In this document: positions 18,718 through 28,585 of the stretch, one piece after another
Position numbering within the stretch: the stretch's first letter is position 1
Layout of the letters: each line of letters begins with the position of its first letter
NCBI GenBank assembly: GCA_963664195.1
Contig: OY760907.1
Coordinates: 2,528,001-2,592,000 of the forward strand
Origin: an uncultured candidate division Zixibacteria bacterium
GTDB taxonomy: Bacteria; Zixibacteria; MSB-5A5; GN15; FEB-12
Direction: 5' to 3'
DNA length: 64,000 bases
Translations under genes and position numbers: made by a program
The notes under the pieces: model-generated
Databases searched by the model: none
What the model was told of the DNA's origin: nothing
Seen by the model: only the letters and a program-made list of their open reading frames with translations

Positions 18718-20674
18718 ATGAAGCATCTCCTGAACATCACATCTCCTGCAGACATCCGGTCGCTTCAGTCTTGAGCAACTGACCGAGTTGGCCGAGGAGG
18801 TTCGCCAGGAGATTATCGCCGCCGTCGCCCATACCGGGGGGCATCTGGGGTCGAACCTTGGAACGGTCGAGCTTACCGTCGCATTGCATTACGTGTTCAA
18901 CACGCCGGCCGACCGAATCATCTGGGATGTTTCCCACCAGACTTACGCACACAAGTTGTTGACCGGGCGACGAGATCAGATCGAAACGCTTCGCAAATAC
19001 AAAGGTCTGGCCGGATACTGCAAGCGGACCGAATCCGAATTCGATCCGTTTGGTGCGGGACATGCCTCGACCTCGGTTTCAGCCGCGCTTGGATTCGCCG
19101 CCGCGAGAGATCTGCTCGGCGGGGATAACAAAGTTATCGCGGTCATCGGCGATGGTGCTATGACCGGTGGGCTGGCATTCGAAGGTATGAACAACGCCGG
19201 ATCGCTCGCTAAAGACCTCATCGTTGTCCTGAATGACAACACGTGGTCGATCTCAAAGAACGTGGGCGCTCTTTCGAAATATCTCACTAACATCCTGGTC
19301 GACGAGAAATTCAACAAGCTGCGCCGGGACGTCTGGGAATTGACGGGACGGTTCAAACGTCGTGACAGAATTCGTACAACCATCCAGAGTCTGGAAAAAT
19401 CGATCAAGGGGTTTCTTGTTCCGGGAATGCTGTTCGAGAAACTCGGATTCAAGTACTTTGGTCCAATCGATGGTCACGATCTTCCGCTGATGACAAAAAC
19501 GCTGGCCGACGTGAAGAACATCGACGGCCCGATCATGCTGCATGTGGCCACGGTAAAAGGGAAGGGGTACCTTCCGGCGGAAGAGGACATCCATCGTTAC
19601 CATGCTATCGGCAAGTTTGACAAGATGACCGGCAAGGCAAGGCCCTCATCTGGCGTTCTACCGAGCTACACGCGAGTGTTCGGCAACACCATGATTGAGC
19701 TGGCCGAAGCCGATGACAGAGTGGTGGCGATCACTGCGGCCATGGCACCTGGTACGGGCTTGGACGGTTTTGCGAAGGAGTTTCCCGAGCGGTTTTTCGA
19801 TGTCGGTATTGCCGAAGGGCACGCCGGTACGTTTTCCGCGGCTCTGGCGGCCGAAGGTATCAAACCGTATCTCGCAGTCTACTCGACTTTTGTGCAGCGG
19901 GCTTACGATCAGGTTATTCATGACATGGCTATCCAGAACCTTCCGGTCGTTATCTGTATGGATCGCGGCGGATTGGTGGGGGCCGACGGTCCCACCCATC
20001 ACGGCGTGTTCGATATGGCTTATCTGTCCTCGGTGCCGAACGTAACTATAGCCGCGCCGAAAGACGGCAACGAACTTCGCGCCATGCTGCATCACACACG
20101 GAATGCCGATATCGGCGGGATTACGGCTATCCGCTATCCGAGAGAGACGGTACCGTCTGAGATGCACGACGAGATTGATTCCATCGAATGGCTCCGTTGG
20201 GAACGGTTGAGCGGTCTGTCGGAAGTAGCGGTTCTGGCGGTTGGTTCTATGGTGGCCGGAGTGCAACCGGCTATCGACAGACTGGCGGAGCAGGGGATAT
20301 CGGTATCTCTCATCAACGCTCGTTTTGTCAAACCATTGGACGCCGACATGCTGGCGGAAGTGTGTCGCGAGTCGCGGATTGTTTTCACGCTTGAAGAAGG
20401 CGCACTGCGGGGAGGATTCGGCCAGGCGGTCGCGGAGCATTTGCTCGACCAGGAATTTAGCGGCAAGTTCAAGGCGATTGGTATTCCTGATCAGTTCATT
20501 GCCCACGGCACACGCGCCGAGCTGTTCCGCGAACTGGGACTTGATTCTGAAGGCCTTCTGAAGACGATCTCCGGGTTTGTCGGGAGGCACAGAGCACTCC
20601 TGTCGGGCGCCGTTACGTGTCAGGCAGAAGGCCAACTCGACAAAATCAGCCTCACCGGCACCGATCCCGACTGA
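18718..20674 (+). CDS. dxs: 1-deoxy-D-xylulose-5-phosphate synthase, +1 frameshift near 18765
   Basis: N-terminus MKHLLNITSPADIRSL from ATG 18718 is out of frame with the SLEQLTELAEEVR..GGHLGSNLG body; GDGA, DVGIAE, DGPTHHG motifs. Confidence 0.92.
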
Positions 20675-20778
20675 GTATCTCGGTCACCTTTTCTTTCTTT
20701 GAGTGTCCGCTTATAGCCAAACATCCCTTGCCAGAGTCCAAACTGCGGTGTTATCTTGCCCCGCAGGAGATGACACAG

Positions 20779-21639
20779 ATGCGATTCGGACTGATTACCA
20801 ACCTCAGGCGGACCGGCGGACGGGAAGCCATCGACAGTCTTATCAAATGGGCCAAAGTCACCGGCAACGAGCTAACGCTTTGTGCTGACCTTGAGGACTC
20901 TGTTCCCGACTACAAACGCTTTGCACCCCGCGAGGGACTGGCCGCTCAGGTTGACTTTCTGGTGTCCATGGGGGGAGATGGGACGTTTCTTTCGGCAGTG
21001 AGGTCGGTCGGTTCGCACGGAACCCCGATTCTGGGCATCAATCTGGGATCGCTGGGTTTTCTCACGCAGCAGACGCCCAGACAGCTCATATCGGCGCTGG
21101 ATTCCATTATCGCCGGGGATTTCCGGGTCGAAGAACGGTTCATGCTCAAAGCGGAGGTGTCGGGAAGACCGCCGCTGCCTCTGCCGTATGCGTTGAACGA
21201 CATCGTGTTGGACAACGGCCCGGTCAGTCGTGTGCTGGATATCAATATGAAAATCAACGGTGAGGATGTCCTGACGTATATTGCCGACGGGCTCGTTACT
21301 TGCACTCCCACCGGTTCGACTGCCTACAATCTGGCCGTGGGTGGACCGATTGTCACTCCGGGGATGGACGCGATGATTATCTCACCGATCGCGCCGTTTT
21401 CTCTGACTACACGTCCGATGATTATCTCCGGCAACGACAGAATGGAACTCAAAGTATTGACTGAGAACAGGATTGCCATGCTTACTCTCGACGGTCAGGT
21501 CGGGGTGGAGTTGAGCGATGTCGAGACTGTGACGATATCTCGCGCGGAGCACAAAAGCAAACTGGTGGTGTTGCCGGAGAATTCGTATTACCGTACTCTT
21601 CGCGGCAAACTTCACTGGGGCGTCCTGCCGAACTCCTGA
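20779..21639 (+). CDS. nadK: NAD kinase
   Basis: GGDGTFL, GINLGSLGFL, ALND, DG..TPTGSTAYNLAVGGP; AGGAG SD before ATG 20779. Confidence 0.95.
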   Translation: MRFGLITNLRRTGGREAIDSLIKWAKVTGNELTLCADLEDSVPDYKRFAPREGLAAQVDFLVSMGGDGTFLSAVRSVGSHGTPILGINLGSLGFLTQQTPRQLISALDSIIAGDFRVEERFMLKAEVSGRPPLPLPYALNDIVLDNGPVSRVLDINMKINGEDVLTYIADGLVTCTPTGSTAYNLAVGGPIVTPGMDAMIISPIAPFSLTTRPMIISGNDRMELKVLTENRIAMLTLDGQVGVELSDVETVTISRAEHKSKLVVLPENSYYRTLRGKLHWGVLPNS

Positions 21640-21679
21640 GCGCTTTCACGCATTTCCAAAGTCAAGTTTCTTTGTTTTT

Positions 21680-21849
21680 GCAGGGCAGGTCTGAGGACAG
21701 ACCTGCCCTACGAAGACTGAACTATTGTCCCGTGCGCGGCACACGCCCTCGTGTGCCCGCTTCGACGTCGCACATCGATACAGTATCGTCCGCCTGAGGC
21801 GGACTCTCTTTCCGGCAGGTCTGAGGACAGACCTGCCCTACGAAGACTG
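21680..21849. repeat. REP/REPIN-like cluster with two identical 36-bp copies
   Basis: GGCAGGTCTGAGGACAGACCTGCCCTACGAAGACTG at 21684 and 21814; extra hairpins GCACACG/CGTGTGC and GTCCGCC/GGCGGAC between them. Confidence 0.85.
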
Positions 21850-21942
21850 GCCCCCCAATTTCGAGTCGTTACGAATGCCGCTCGCCGCTAAGAAAGGACT
21901 TGCATAAGCAGTAGTGGATCGGTAATATAGCGACTGCTGTAA

Positions 21943-22015
21943 GCGGGAGTAACTCAGTTGGTAGAGTCACAGCCTTCCAAGCTGTTGGTCGCGAGTTCGA
22001 GCCTCGTCTCCCGCT
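21943..22015 (+). tRNA. tRNA-Gly(TCC), CCA not encoded
   Basis: GCGGGAG/CTCCCGC acceptor stem, ACAGC-CTTCCAA-GCTGT anticodon arm, GTTCGAG T-loop; upstream TTGCAT-17-TAATAT. Confidence 0.96.
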
Positions 22016-22047
22016 TTTTTTTGTGCCGATTCTGATCCTTTCGAGGA

Positions 22048-22944
22048 GTGTCCATGTCAGACGATCTTCATATAGGTAATCCTTCGGTTCGCGTATTCAA
22101 GTATTCCTGGTATCTCAGAGCCATTGGGTTGTTGGTTGCATCTTTCTTCGCCGTCCTCATCCTGACTTTTTTTCTTACGACGAATTCGCAAGAGCTGGCG
22201 AACGAATGGTGGGTGCCTGTAGGGTTCTTGGCCTTTTCCACCCTGGGCATGTATCTGTATGTGGCGTTGTCGAGAACGATCACTCTGCGCGGTGATCTGC
22301 TCGAGGCACATTGCCTCTTGGGGCAGAACAGGACGATGAGCAAATCCGAGATTGCATCCGTCAATGAACGCCCCATGATGCAAACGGTCGTAGTTCGGGA
22401 TCACGGCGGTGCGACACTATTCACGTTCGGTAGCCAGCTAACCGGATACAATGAACTATTCGAAGTGCTCCAATCCTGGGTGCCCCCCGTTCCGCAACCC
22501 CCGCTCGGTACGAGATTCGAACGGGCGAAGCTCGTGTTCATTTTCATGTGGAGCCTGGTTGGGTTCTGTTTTGCCGTGGCTGGCTGGCTGCTGTTGACCG
22601 AGCAGCACACGGAACTTCCGGCGCCTCTGTTTTCCTCTTGGGCGATAGCCATGCTGGTTGTTGCACTATTCCAGACAAAGGCCATCACCGTACTGAGCGA
22701 TCAAGTTATCGTGCATCGCTGGACAGGTGACCGCAGAGTCAGGTACAGCGATATCGGCAAGATCGAGGGCTCTTATGACGAAAGTGAGATAGCGTCCAAG
22801 ACATACGTGTTTCACATTCATCCCGTCAAGGGCCGGAAGATCAGACTCTCACATTTTCCTGACGGAGGGAAGGCCGTCTACGAGGCTCTGCACAAGGCAT
22901 GGCAGGCTGCCCGTGAAGGCTCACTAAAGGAAAACAAGGAATGA
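22048..22944 (+). CDS. Hypothetical membrane protein, two repeats of (2 TM helices + PH-like soluble segment)
   Basis: Two hydrophobic helix pairs, each followed by a similar beta-rich segment (TITLRGD..SEIASV / AITVLSD..SDIGKI). Confidence 0.7.
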   Translation: MSMSDDLHIGNPSVRVFKYSWYLRAIGLLVASFFAVLILTFFLTTNSQELANEWWVPVGFLAFSTLGMYLYVALSRTITLRGDLLEAHCLLGQNRTMSKSEIASVNERPMMQTVVVRDHGGATLFTFGSQLTGYNELFEVLQSWVPPVPQPPLGTRFERAKLVFIFMWSLVGFCFAVAGWLLLTEQHTELPAPLFSSWAIAMLVVALFQTKAITVLSDQVIVHRWTGDRRVRYSDIGKIEGSYDESEIASKTYVFHIHPVKGRKIRLSHFPDGGKAVYEALHKAWQAAREGSLKENKE

Positions 22945-23513
22945 CACACAGAATCGCCACTATTCTACTGCTAACCACTGCATTGATAGCCACCTCCTGC
23001 ATCGAGGAGCGCCCCAAACCACCCGATCCGCCGGAACCGGAAGTCTCCCGTTTGCTCAGAGAGATGGTTGAGGAAGATCAAGAGCTTCGGATGAATGACA
23101 CTCTCGACTACGGTATCGTTGACGCGGCCGACCGGGAACATCGTGAGGTCGTTATGGATCTGCTGGCGCAGGGGGGAATCGACGATCCGCAGGACCTGCA
23201 TCGAGCAGCGTTCATTCTCCAGCATTCGGACCCGGGCAGTTGTCGCGAGTGTTATCTTCTGGCCCACAAACTTGCAATGGAGGCTGTTCGGAGGGGGTGG
23301 GATGACGCCCGCAAGCTGGCAGCGGCGTCTCTTGACCGGTATCTGGTGTTCTCGAAGAAGCCTCAGAAATACGGTACCCAGTCAAATACCGACTCGACCG
23401 GGCACTGGTATCTGTTCCCGATTGACTCCGCGACGACCGATTCTCAGCGGATCGAGATGAATGTACTGCCTCTGGACTCGCTAATCGCCGAAATCGAGGC
23501 TCGAAACTTGTAG
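22941..23513 (+). CDS. Hypothetical lipoprotein
   Basis: Lipobox-like IATSC; EEDQ..R, AAFILQH, DRYL..KPQKYGTQ motifs resembling DUF6624-type proteins (recalled, not searched). Confidence 0.7.
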   Translation: MTHRIATILLLTTALIATSCIEERPKPPDPPEPEVSRLLREMVEEDQELRMNDTLDYGIVDAADREHREVVMDLLAQGGIDDPQDLHRAAFILQHSDPGSCRECYLLAHKLAMEAVRRGWDDARKLAAASLDRYLVFSKKPQKYGTQSNTDSTGHWYLFPIDSATTDSQRIEMNVLPLDSLIAEIEARNL

Positions 23514-23565
23514 GGAAGGTCTGTCTGCAGACCTGCCGAAAAGAGAGTCTGCCGCAGGCAGACGA
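23510..23565 (+). repeat. Two-hairpin REP-like element, inverted copy of 21786-21841
   Basis: 49/56 identical to the reverse complement of 21786-21841 by manual alignment. Confidence 0.85.
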
Positions 23566-23571
23566 CCGGTC

Positions 23572-23639
23572 CGGGTGGCCGGGTCAAACTTGTTTGGCCC
23601 GGATAGTACCACTCCAAGCAAGCCTGAAGGGGCCACCCG
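23572..23639. repeat. Second palindromic element with CGGGTGGCC/GGCCACCCG ends
   Basis: 9-bp terminal inverted repeat enclosing the GGGTCAAAC-TT-GTTTGGCCC hairpin. Confidence 0.55.
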
Positions 23640-23780
23640 ACAGCACGTAGCGGGCGGGTTTGAAGGTCCAAACAGTCGTTTGGTCGGTTGATTCGATAGA
23701 TTCTGTCGAATTCGGGTTCAGGGTTGGCCCACCAATCACTCCAAGTGGTGAAATAGGCCTAATTTAAGCTAAAAAAAGCC

Positions 23781-23808
23781 TTGACAGGTTGGGGGCCAAA
23801 TCTATATT
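23781..23808 (+). promoter_or_regulatory. Sigma70 promoter of the tRNA-Thr/tuf operon
   Basis: A-tract (UP-like), then TTGACA-16 nt-TATATT. Confidence 0.7.
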
Positions 23809-23888
23809 GAAGGCTCCCCCTAGCAGGGGTATGCCTATTTTTATCGGCATATAAGGTAAGACAGGCGCAAAAACAAAGTTTTTGATAA

Positions 23889-23961
23889 GCCCAGATAGCT
23901 CAGTCGGTAGAGCACATCCTTGGTAAGGATGAGGTCACCAGTTCAATCCTGGTTCTGGGCT
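23889..23961 (+). tRNA. tRNA-Thr(GGT), CCA not encoded
   Basis: GCCCAGA/TCTGGGC stem, CATCC-TTGGTAA-GGATG anticodon arm. Confidence 0.96.
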
Positions 23962-23990
23962 CTTTTTAGAGCGTAAGGAGAAGTCAGACG

Positions 23991-25196
23991 ATGGCGAAGG
24001 AGAAATTTGATCGCAGTAAGCCTCATGTAAATGTAGGCACTATCGGTCACGTTGATCATGGTAAGACGACGTTGACAGCGGCGATTACGATGGCAATGGC
24101 GCAGAAGTTTTCGACGGAGATCCGTTCGTTTGACTCTATTGACAACGCGCCTGAAGAGCGAGAGCGCGGTATAACGATCGCTACGGCTCATGTGGAGTAT
24201 CAGACGGAGCACCGTCACTACGCGCACGTAGACTGTCCGGGTCACGCGGATTACGTCAAGAACATGATCACGGGTGCCGCCCAGATGGACGGTGCGATTC
24301 TGGTGGTATCGGCCGCCGACGGTCCCATGCCTCAGACACGTGAGCACATTCTTCTGGCTCGCCAGGTAGGTGTTCCGTATATCATCGTGTACATGAATAA
24401 GGTTGATATGGTGGATGATCCGGAGTTGTTGGATCTGGTAGAGCTTGAGGTACGTGATCTGTTGAGCACGTATCAGTTCCCGGGCGATGACATTCCGGTG
24501 ATTCGCGGATCGGCTCTTCAGGCCCTGACGGCCGGTACTTCAGGTGCTCCGATCGACGATCCGGCGTTCAAGTCGATTCACGAGTTGATGGATGCTTGTG
24601 ACACGTACATACCTGAGCCGAAGCGTGAGACGGACAAGCCGTTTTTGATGCCTGTAGAGGATGTATTCTCGATCACGGGTCGAGGCACAGTGGCCACGGG
24701 TCGTGTAGAGCGTGGTGTCATCAAGCAGGGTGAAGAGGTTGAGATCGTTGGTATCCGTGAGACCCGCAAGACGGTGGTTACGGGTGTAGAGATGTTCCGT
24801 AAGCTTCTTGATCAGGCTGAAGCGGGTGACAACGTCGGATTGTTGCTTCGGGGAGTAGATAAGGACTCGATCGAGCGCGGCATGGTGTTGGTGAAAAAGG
24901 GTTCGGTTCTTCCTCACACGAAGTTCAAGGCCGAGGTTTACGTGTTGACGAAGGAAGAGGGTGGTCGTCACACTCCGTTCTTCACGGGTTACCGTCCTCA
25001 GTTCTATTTCCGTACGACGGACGTGACGGGTGTTGCGACGTTGCCGGAAGGAGTCGAGATGGTGATGCCCGGTGATAACATAACGATGGACATAGAGCTG
25101 ATCACGCCGATCGCGATGGAGCAGGAGCTTCGATTCGCGATTCGTGAGGGTGGCCGTACAATCGGCGCCGGCGTCATCGCTGAAATAAAAGAATAG
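23991..25196 (+). CDS. tuf: Elongation factor Tu (copy 1)
   Basis: [34 protein letters not shown]. Confidence 0.99.
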   Translation: MAKEKFDRSKPHVNVGTIGHVDHGKTTLTAAITMAMAQKFSTEIRSFDSIDNAPEERERGITIATAHVEYQTEHRHYAHVDCPGHADYVKNMITGAAQMDGAILVVSAADGPMPQTREHILLARQVGVPYIIVYMNKVDMVDDPELLDLVELEVRDLLSTYQFPGDDIPVIRGSALQALTAGTSGAPIDDPAFKSIHELMDACDTYIPEPKRETDKPFLMPVEDVFSITGRGTVATGRVERGVIKQGEEVEIVGIRETRKTVVTGVEMFRKLLDQAEAGDNVGLLLRGVDKDSIERGMVLVKKGSVLPHTKFKAEVYVLTKEEGGRHTPFFTGYRPQFYFRTTDVTGVATLPEGVEMVMPGDNITMDIELITPIAMEQELRFAIREGGRTIGAGVIAEIKE

Positions 25197-25227
25197 AATA
25201 GCCTCCTCGAAGGGATGGTAAGAGCAA

Positions 25228-25380
25228 GTGCCAAGAGATAGAGTTACATTGGCCTGTGGCGAGTGCAAGCGTCGTAACTACGACACGAAAAAGAACAAGC
25301 GGTTGCATCCTGAGCGCGTGGAATTCCGTAAATTCTGTCCGTTCTGCAACAAGCACACGCCGCACAAGGAAACGAGATAG
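25228..25380 (+). CDS. rpmG: 50S ribosomal protein L33 (Zn-ribbon form)
   Basis: Read manually: GTG start, [34 protein letters not shown]. Confidence 0.95.
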   Translation: MPRDRVTLACGECKRRNYDTKKNKRLHPERVEFRKFCPFCNKHTPHKETR

Positions 25381-25390
25381 CAATACATAT

Positions 25391-25464
25391 AGGCCAGTAG
25401 CTCCAATTGGTAGAGCGCCGGTCTCCAAAACCGGATGCTGGGGGTTCAAGTCCCTCCTGGCCTG
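25391..25464 (+). tRNA. tRNA-Trp(CCA), 3' CCA not encoded
   Basis: AGGCCAG/CTGGCCT stem, CCGGT-CTCCAAA-ACCGG anticodon arm; canonical position before secE. Confidence 0.96.
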
Positions 25465-25488
25465 CAAATAACATATTGTGGTGATGTC

Positions 25489-25686
25489 TTGAACAAGATC
25501 GAGAAATATCTCAAAGAGACCATGGCCGAGTTGCGGAAAATGACCTGGCCGTCAAAGGACGAGTTGATCGGTTCGACGATAGTGACCGTCGTAGTGTCGC
25601 TCATCGTGGCGATTTTTATCGGTATTGTTGACCGCGCTCTTCTTCTGGCGATTCAGACGATTTTCGGCGCCGGTATGGGAGGATAA
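25489..25686 (+). CDS. secE: Preprotein translocase subunit SecE
   Basis: ELRKMTWPSKDEL plus single TM helix; probable TTG start at 25489. Confidence 0.93.
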   Translation: MNKIEKYLKETMAELRKMTWPSKDELIGSTIVTVVVSLIVAIFIGIVDRALLLAIQTIFGAGMGG

Positions 25687-26229
25687 ATGGCTCTCAGGTG
25701 GTATGTAGTCCACACGTACGCCGGACACGAACAGAAGGCTAAGACCTATCTGGAGTCGGCGATTGAAAATGCGGGACTTCAGGAGAAGTTCGGTCAGATT
25801 CTTGTTCCTACGGAGCAGGTGACCGAAATGCGGCAGGGCAAGCGCTCTACCAGCACGAAGAAGTTTCTGCCCAGCTACATCCTGATTGAGGTTGATCTCG
25901 ATAAGACGACCCAGAATCTGGTTGTGTCTACTACCGGTATCACCAATTTCGTGGGCGCCGCCGGAAAGCCCTCGCCGCTGAAGCAGGCGGAGGTCGAGCG
26001 CATCGTGGGACAGATCGACAGCAGTCGAACTGAGGAAGCCACCGATGTTCCGTTCCAGGCGGGCGACCCGGTGAAAGTCAACGACGGTCCGTTTATGGAC
26101 TTCTCGGGGACAATCAGCGAAGTCAATATGGAACGCAGGAAAGTAAAAGTGATGGTCTCGATTTTCGGCCGTCCCACGCCGGTTGAGCTGGATTTCCTCC
26201 AGGTCGATTTGGTGAAAACCAAAGCTTAG
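25687..26229 (+). CDS. nusG: Transcription elongation factor NusG
   Basis: WYVVHTYAGHE, KOW motif DGPFMDFSG, IFGRPTPVEL. Confidence 0.98.
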   Translation: MALRWYVVHTYAGHEQKAKTYLESAIENAGLQEKFGQILVPTEQVTEMRQGKRSTSTKKFLPSYILIEVDLDKTTQNLVVSTTGITNFVGAAGKPSPLKQAEVERIVGQIDSSRTEEATDVPFQAGDPVKVNDGPFMDFSGTISEVNMERRKVKVMVSIFGRPTPVELDFLQVDLVKTKA

Positions 26230-26261
26230 TAAACAAGCTGTTCTTGGAGAGATAAAGTACC

Positions 26262-26684
26262 GTGGCAAAGAAAGTAGCAGCCCTCATCAAACTCCAGATT
26301 GCGGCCGGAGCGGCCAACCCGGCTCCGCCGGTGGGCCCGGCCCTTGGCCAGCGCGGCGTCAATATCATGGAGTTTTGCAAGGCGTTTAACGCCAGGACAC
26401 AGAGTGGTAACGGGATATTGACTCCGGTCATTATTACCGTTTTTGAGGACAAGTCCTTCACTTTTATTACCAAGACCCCGCCGGCGTCCACGCTTCTGCG
26501 TAAGGCCGCCAAGATCAAGAAGGGGTCGGGCGTTCCCAACAAGGATAAGGTCGGCCGGGTGACCGCTGATCAGATCCGTGAGATCGCCACCACGAAAATG
26601 GAAGACCTCAACGCGTCGTCGATTGAAATGGCGATGAAGATGGTCGCGGGGACCGCCCGCTCCATGGGTATTGAGGTCCAGTAG
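26262..26684 (+). CDS. rplK: 50S ribosomal protein L11
   Basis: [29 protein letters not shown]. Confidence 0.98.
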   Translation: MAKKVAALIKLQIAAGAANPAPPVGPALGQRGVNIMEFCKAFNARTQSGNGILTPVIITVFEDKSFTFITKTPPASTLLRKAAKIKKGSGVPNKDKVGRVTADQIREIATTKMEDLNASSIEMAMKMVAGTARSMGIEVQ

Positions 26685-26711
26685 CAGAAGTAACAACCTG
26701 TGTAATTCGTT

Positions 26712-26745
26712 TGCACCTCGACATCCGGTTGTCGAGAGGGAGAAG
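26712..26745 (+). promoter_or_regulatory. Possible L1-binding autoregulatory hairpin before rplA
   Basis: CTCGACA-TCCGGT-TGTCGAG stem adjoining the GGGAG SD-like tract. Confidence 0.35.
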
Positions 26746-26753
26746 AAACACAT

Positions 26754-27458
26754 ATGAAGCGTTCGAAGAAGTACGATGCTTTCCGGAAAGCGATTGACCG
26801 CAGTAAACGGTATTCGCTCGAAGAAGCGGTAAAGATTCTCAAGGAAAACACCTACACCAAGTTTGATGAATCGGTCGAAGTGGCCGTTCGCCTCGGTGTG
26901 AACCCGAAGCATGCTGACCAGATGGTGCGAGCCACGGTTTCACTGCCCCATGGAGATGGTAAACAGGTGCGGGTTCTGGTGTTTGCTCAGGGTGACAAGG
27001 CGACAGAGGCTACCGAAGCCGGTGCCGATTTTGTCGGTGGGGCTGAGTTGGCGGAGAAGATTCAGGGTGGTTGGACGGACTTTGATGTGGCAATCGCGAC
27101 GCCCGACATGATGAAGGTCTGCGGCCGGCTGGGTAAAATCCTCGGCCCGCGCGGCCTGATGCCGAACCCGAAAACGGGCACGGTAACAATGGATCTGGCC
27201 CGTACGGTCAATGAGGTCAAGGCCGGACGCATTGAGTTCCGCGTCGACCGTCAGGCAAACGTAGCGGTCTCATTGGGAAAACTCTCCTTTGAAGATCAGA
27301 AGATAATTGAGAACGTCCACGCGTTTATCAGCGCGATTCTGCGGGCCAAGCCCGTGGCTGCCAAAGGGGCGTACTTCTTGGGTGCGGCGATTTGTTCGTC
27401 GATGAGTCCCGGGATTAAACTGGATCACGCCGAAATTCTTGCGGCAGTGAAGAAGTAG
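26754..27458 (+). CDS. rplA: 50S ribosomal protein L1
   Basis: [22 protein letters not shown]. Confidence 0.98.
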   Translation: MKRSKKYDAFRKAIDRSKRYSLEEAVKILKENTYTKFDESVEVAVRLGVNPKHADQMVRATVSLPHGDGKQVRVLVFAQGDKATEATEAGADFVGGAELAEKIQGGWTDFDVAIATPDMMKVCGRLGKILGPRGLMPNPKTGTVTMDLARTVNEVKAGRIEFRVDRQANVAVSLGKLSFEDQKIIENVHAFISAILRAKPVAAKGAYFLGAAICSSMSPGIKLDHAEILAAVKK

Positions 27459-27479
27459 GAAGACGAGGAGTTCTCAAAG

Positions 27480-28004
27480 ATGCTTAAAGCTGAGAAAACA
27501 CAAGTAGTAGCTGACATAAAAGAGCTATTTGAAGGCGCTGGCGCTGTCTTTGTTACCGACTATCAAGGCCTCAATGTGGCCGATATGACGGTTCTCCGCC
27601 GCAGTCTTCGACAGAATCAGGTCAGGTACCTGATTGCCAAAAACACGCTGTTCAAGCTGGCTGCCAAGGATGCGGGCGTTGAAGGTCTCGATGAGTTCTT
27701 CACCGGCCCCACGGCTGTTGCGTTTGCTTCCGACGATCCGTCGGTGGCTGCGAAGATTCTCTATGACTCCCACAAGGAGCGGGATCTGCCGAAATTCAAG
27801 GCTTTCTTCCTGGAAGGCCAAATCCACGACCCTGAGGATGTCAAGGCTCTGGCCGAGCTTCCGCCGAGAGATGTACTGCTTTCGCAGGTTGTCGCAGCTG
27901 TTGAATCGCCGCTGACAGAACTTGTTGGCTCCCTTGATGGATTCTTCCGTGAACTGGTGGGATCTCTCGATGCTCTGGCTGACAAGAAGAAGGGCGAGGA
28001 ATAG
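27480..28004 (+). CDS. rplJ: 50S ribosomal protein L10
   Basis: DYQGLNV, AKNTL, GPTAVAF, LAELPPR. Confidence 0.96.
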   Translation: MLKAEKTQVVADIKELFEGAGAVFVTDYQGLNVADMTVLRRSLRQNQVRYLIAKNTLFKLAAKDAGVEGLDEFFTGPTAVAFASDDPSVAAKILYDSHKERDLPKFKAFFLEGQIHDPEDVKALAELPPRDVLLSQVVAAVESPLTELVGSLDGFFRELVGSLDALADKKKGEE

Positions 28005-28144
28005 TATTGTAAGCGGAGACCTTTGAAGGAACTGTTGTTCCCATGCTTCTAAGCGGGTTGGTCTCACCGTTTGGGTAAAGGGCAGTTTCGAGATATTAAG
28101 TGAAGATAAGTAGTAATTTAGTTCAATAGTGTGAGGTAAAGACC

Positions 28145-28528
28145 GTGGCTAACGAAGCAATTGAAGAAATTGTTGAGAAGATATCGACCCTTACGGCGAT
28201 GGATCTCGCTGACCTATCCAAGGCTATCCAGGACAAATTTGGTGTGACGGCTGCTGCTCCCATGATGATGGGTGGCATGATGCCGATGGGCGGAGCTGCT
28301 GAAGCGGCCGAAGAGCAGACGGCTTTTGACGTTATGCTCACTGCGATTGGTGACAAGAAGATTCAGGTCATCAAAGTCGTCCGCGAACTTACTGCCCTGG
28401 GCCTGAAAGAGGCCAAGGACCTCGTTGAATCAGCCCCTACGGCTATCAAAGAGGGTATCCCGAAAGAGGAAGCTGAAGCAGCCAAAGCTAAGCTCGAAGA
28501 AGTTGGCGCTCAGGTCGACCTTAAGTAG
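28145..28528 (+). CDS. rplL: 50S ribosomal protein L7/L12
   Basis: [33 protein letters not shown]. Confidence 0.98.
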   Translation: MANEAIEEIVEKISTLTAMDLADLSKAIQDKFGVTAAAPMMMGGMMPMGGAAEAAEEQTAFDVMLTAIGDKKIQVIKVVRELTALGLKEAKDLVESAPTAIKEGIPKEEAEAAKAKLEEVGAQVDLK

Positions 28529-28545
28529 TTTGTTTTTAGATACTT

Positions 28546-28585
28546 AACCGGCCGGGAACAAACTGTTCCCCGGCCGGTTCTATAT
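28546..28585 (+). terminator. Strong hairpin (terminator/attenuator) after rplL
   Basis: AACCGGCCGGGAACA-AAC-TGTTCCCCGGCCGGTT; U-tract weak. Confidence 0.6.

Noticed and set aside
18515..18775. Programmed ribosomal frameshifting in ispA/dxs
   Set aside because: No slippery heptamer or clear stimulatory structure; clustered indels favour sequence error
21684..21849. Two identical 36-bp palindromic direct repeats resembling a mini CRISPR array
   Set aside because: Only two copies, the 94-bp spacer is itself palindromic, related copies are dispersed in both orientations, and no cas genes are present; REP-like instead
22016..23760. Integrase-type genomic island at tRNA-Gly
   Set aside because: No integrase and no duplicated tRNA 3' end (att site) seen
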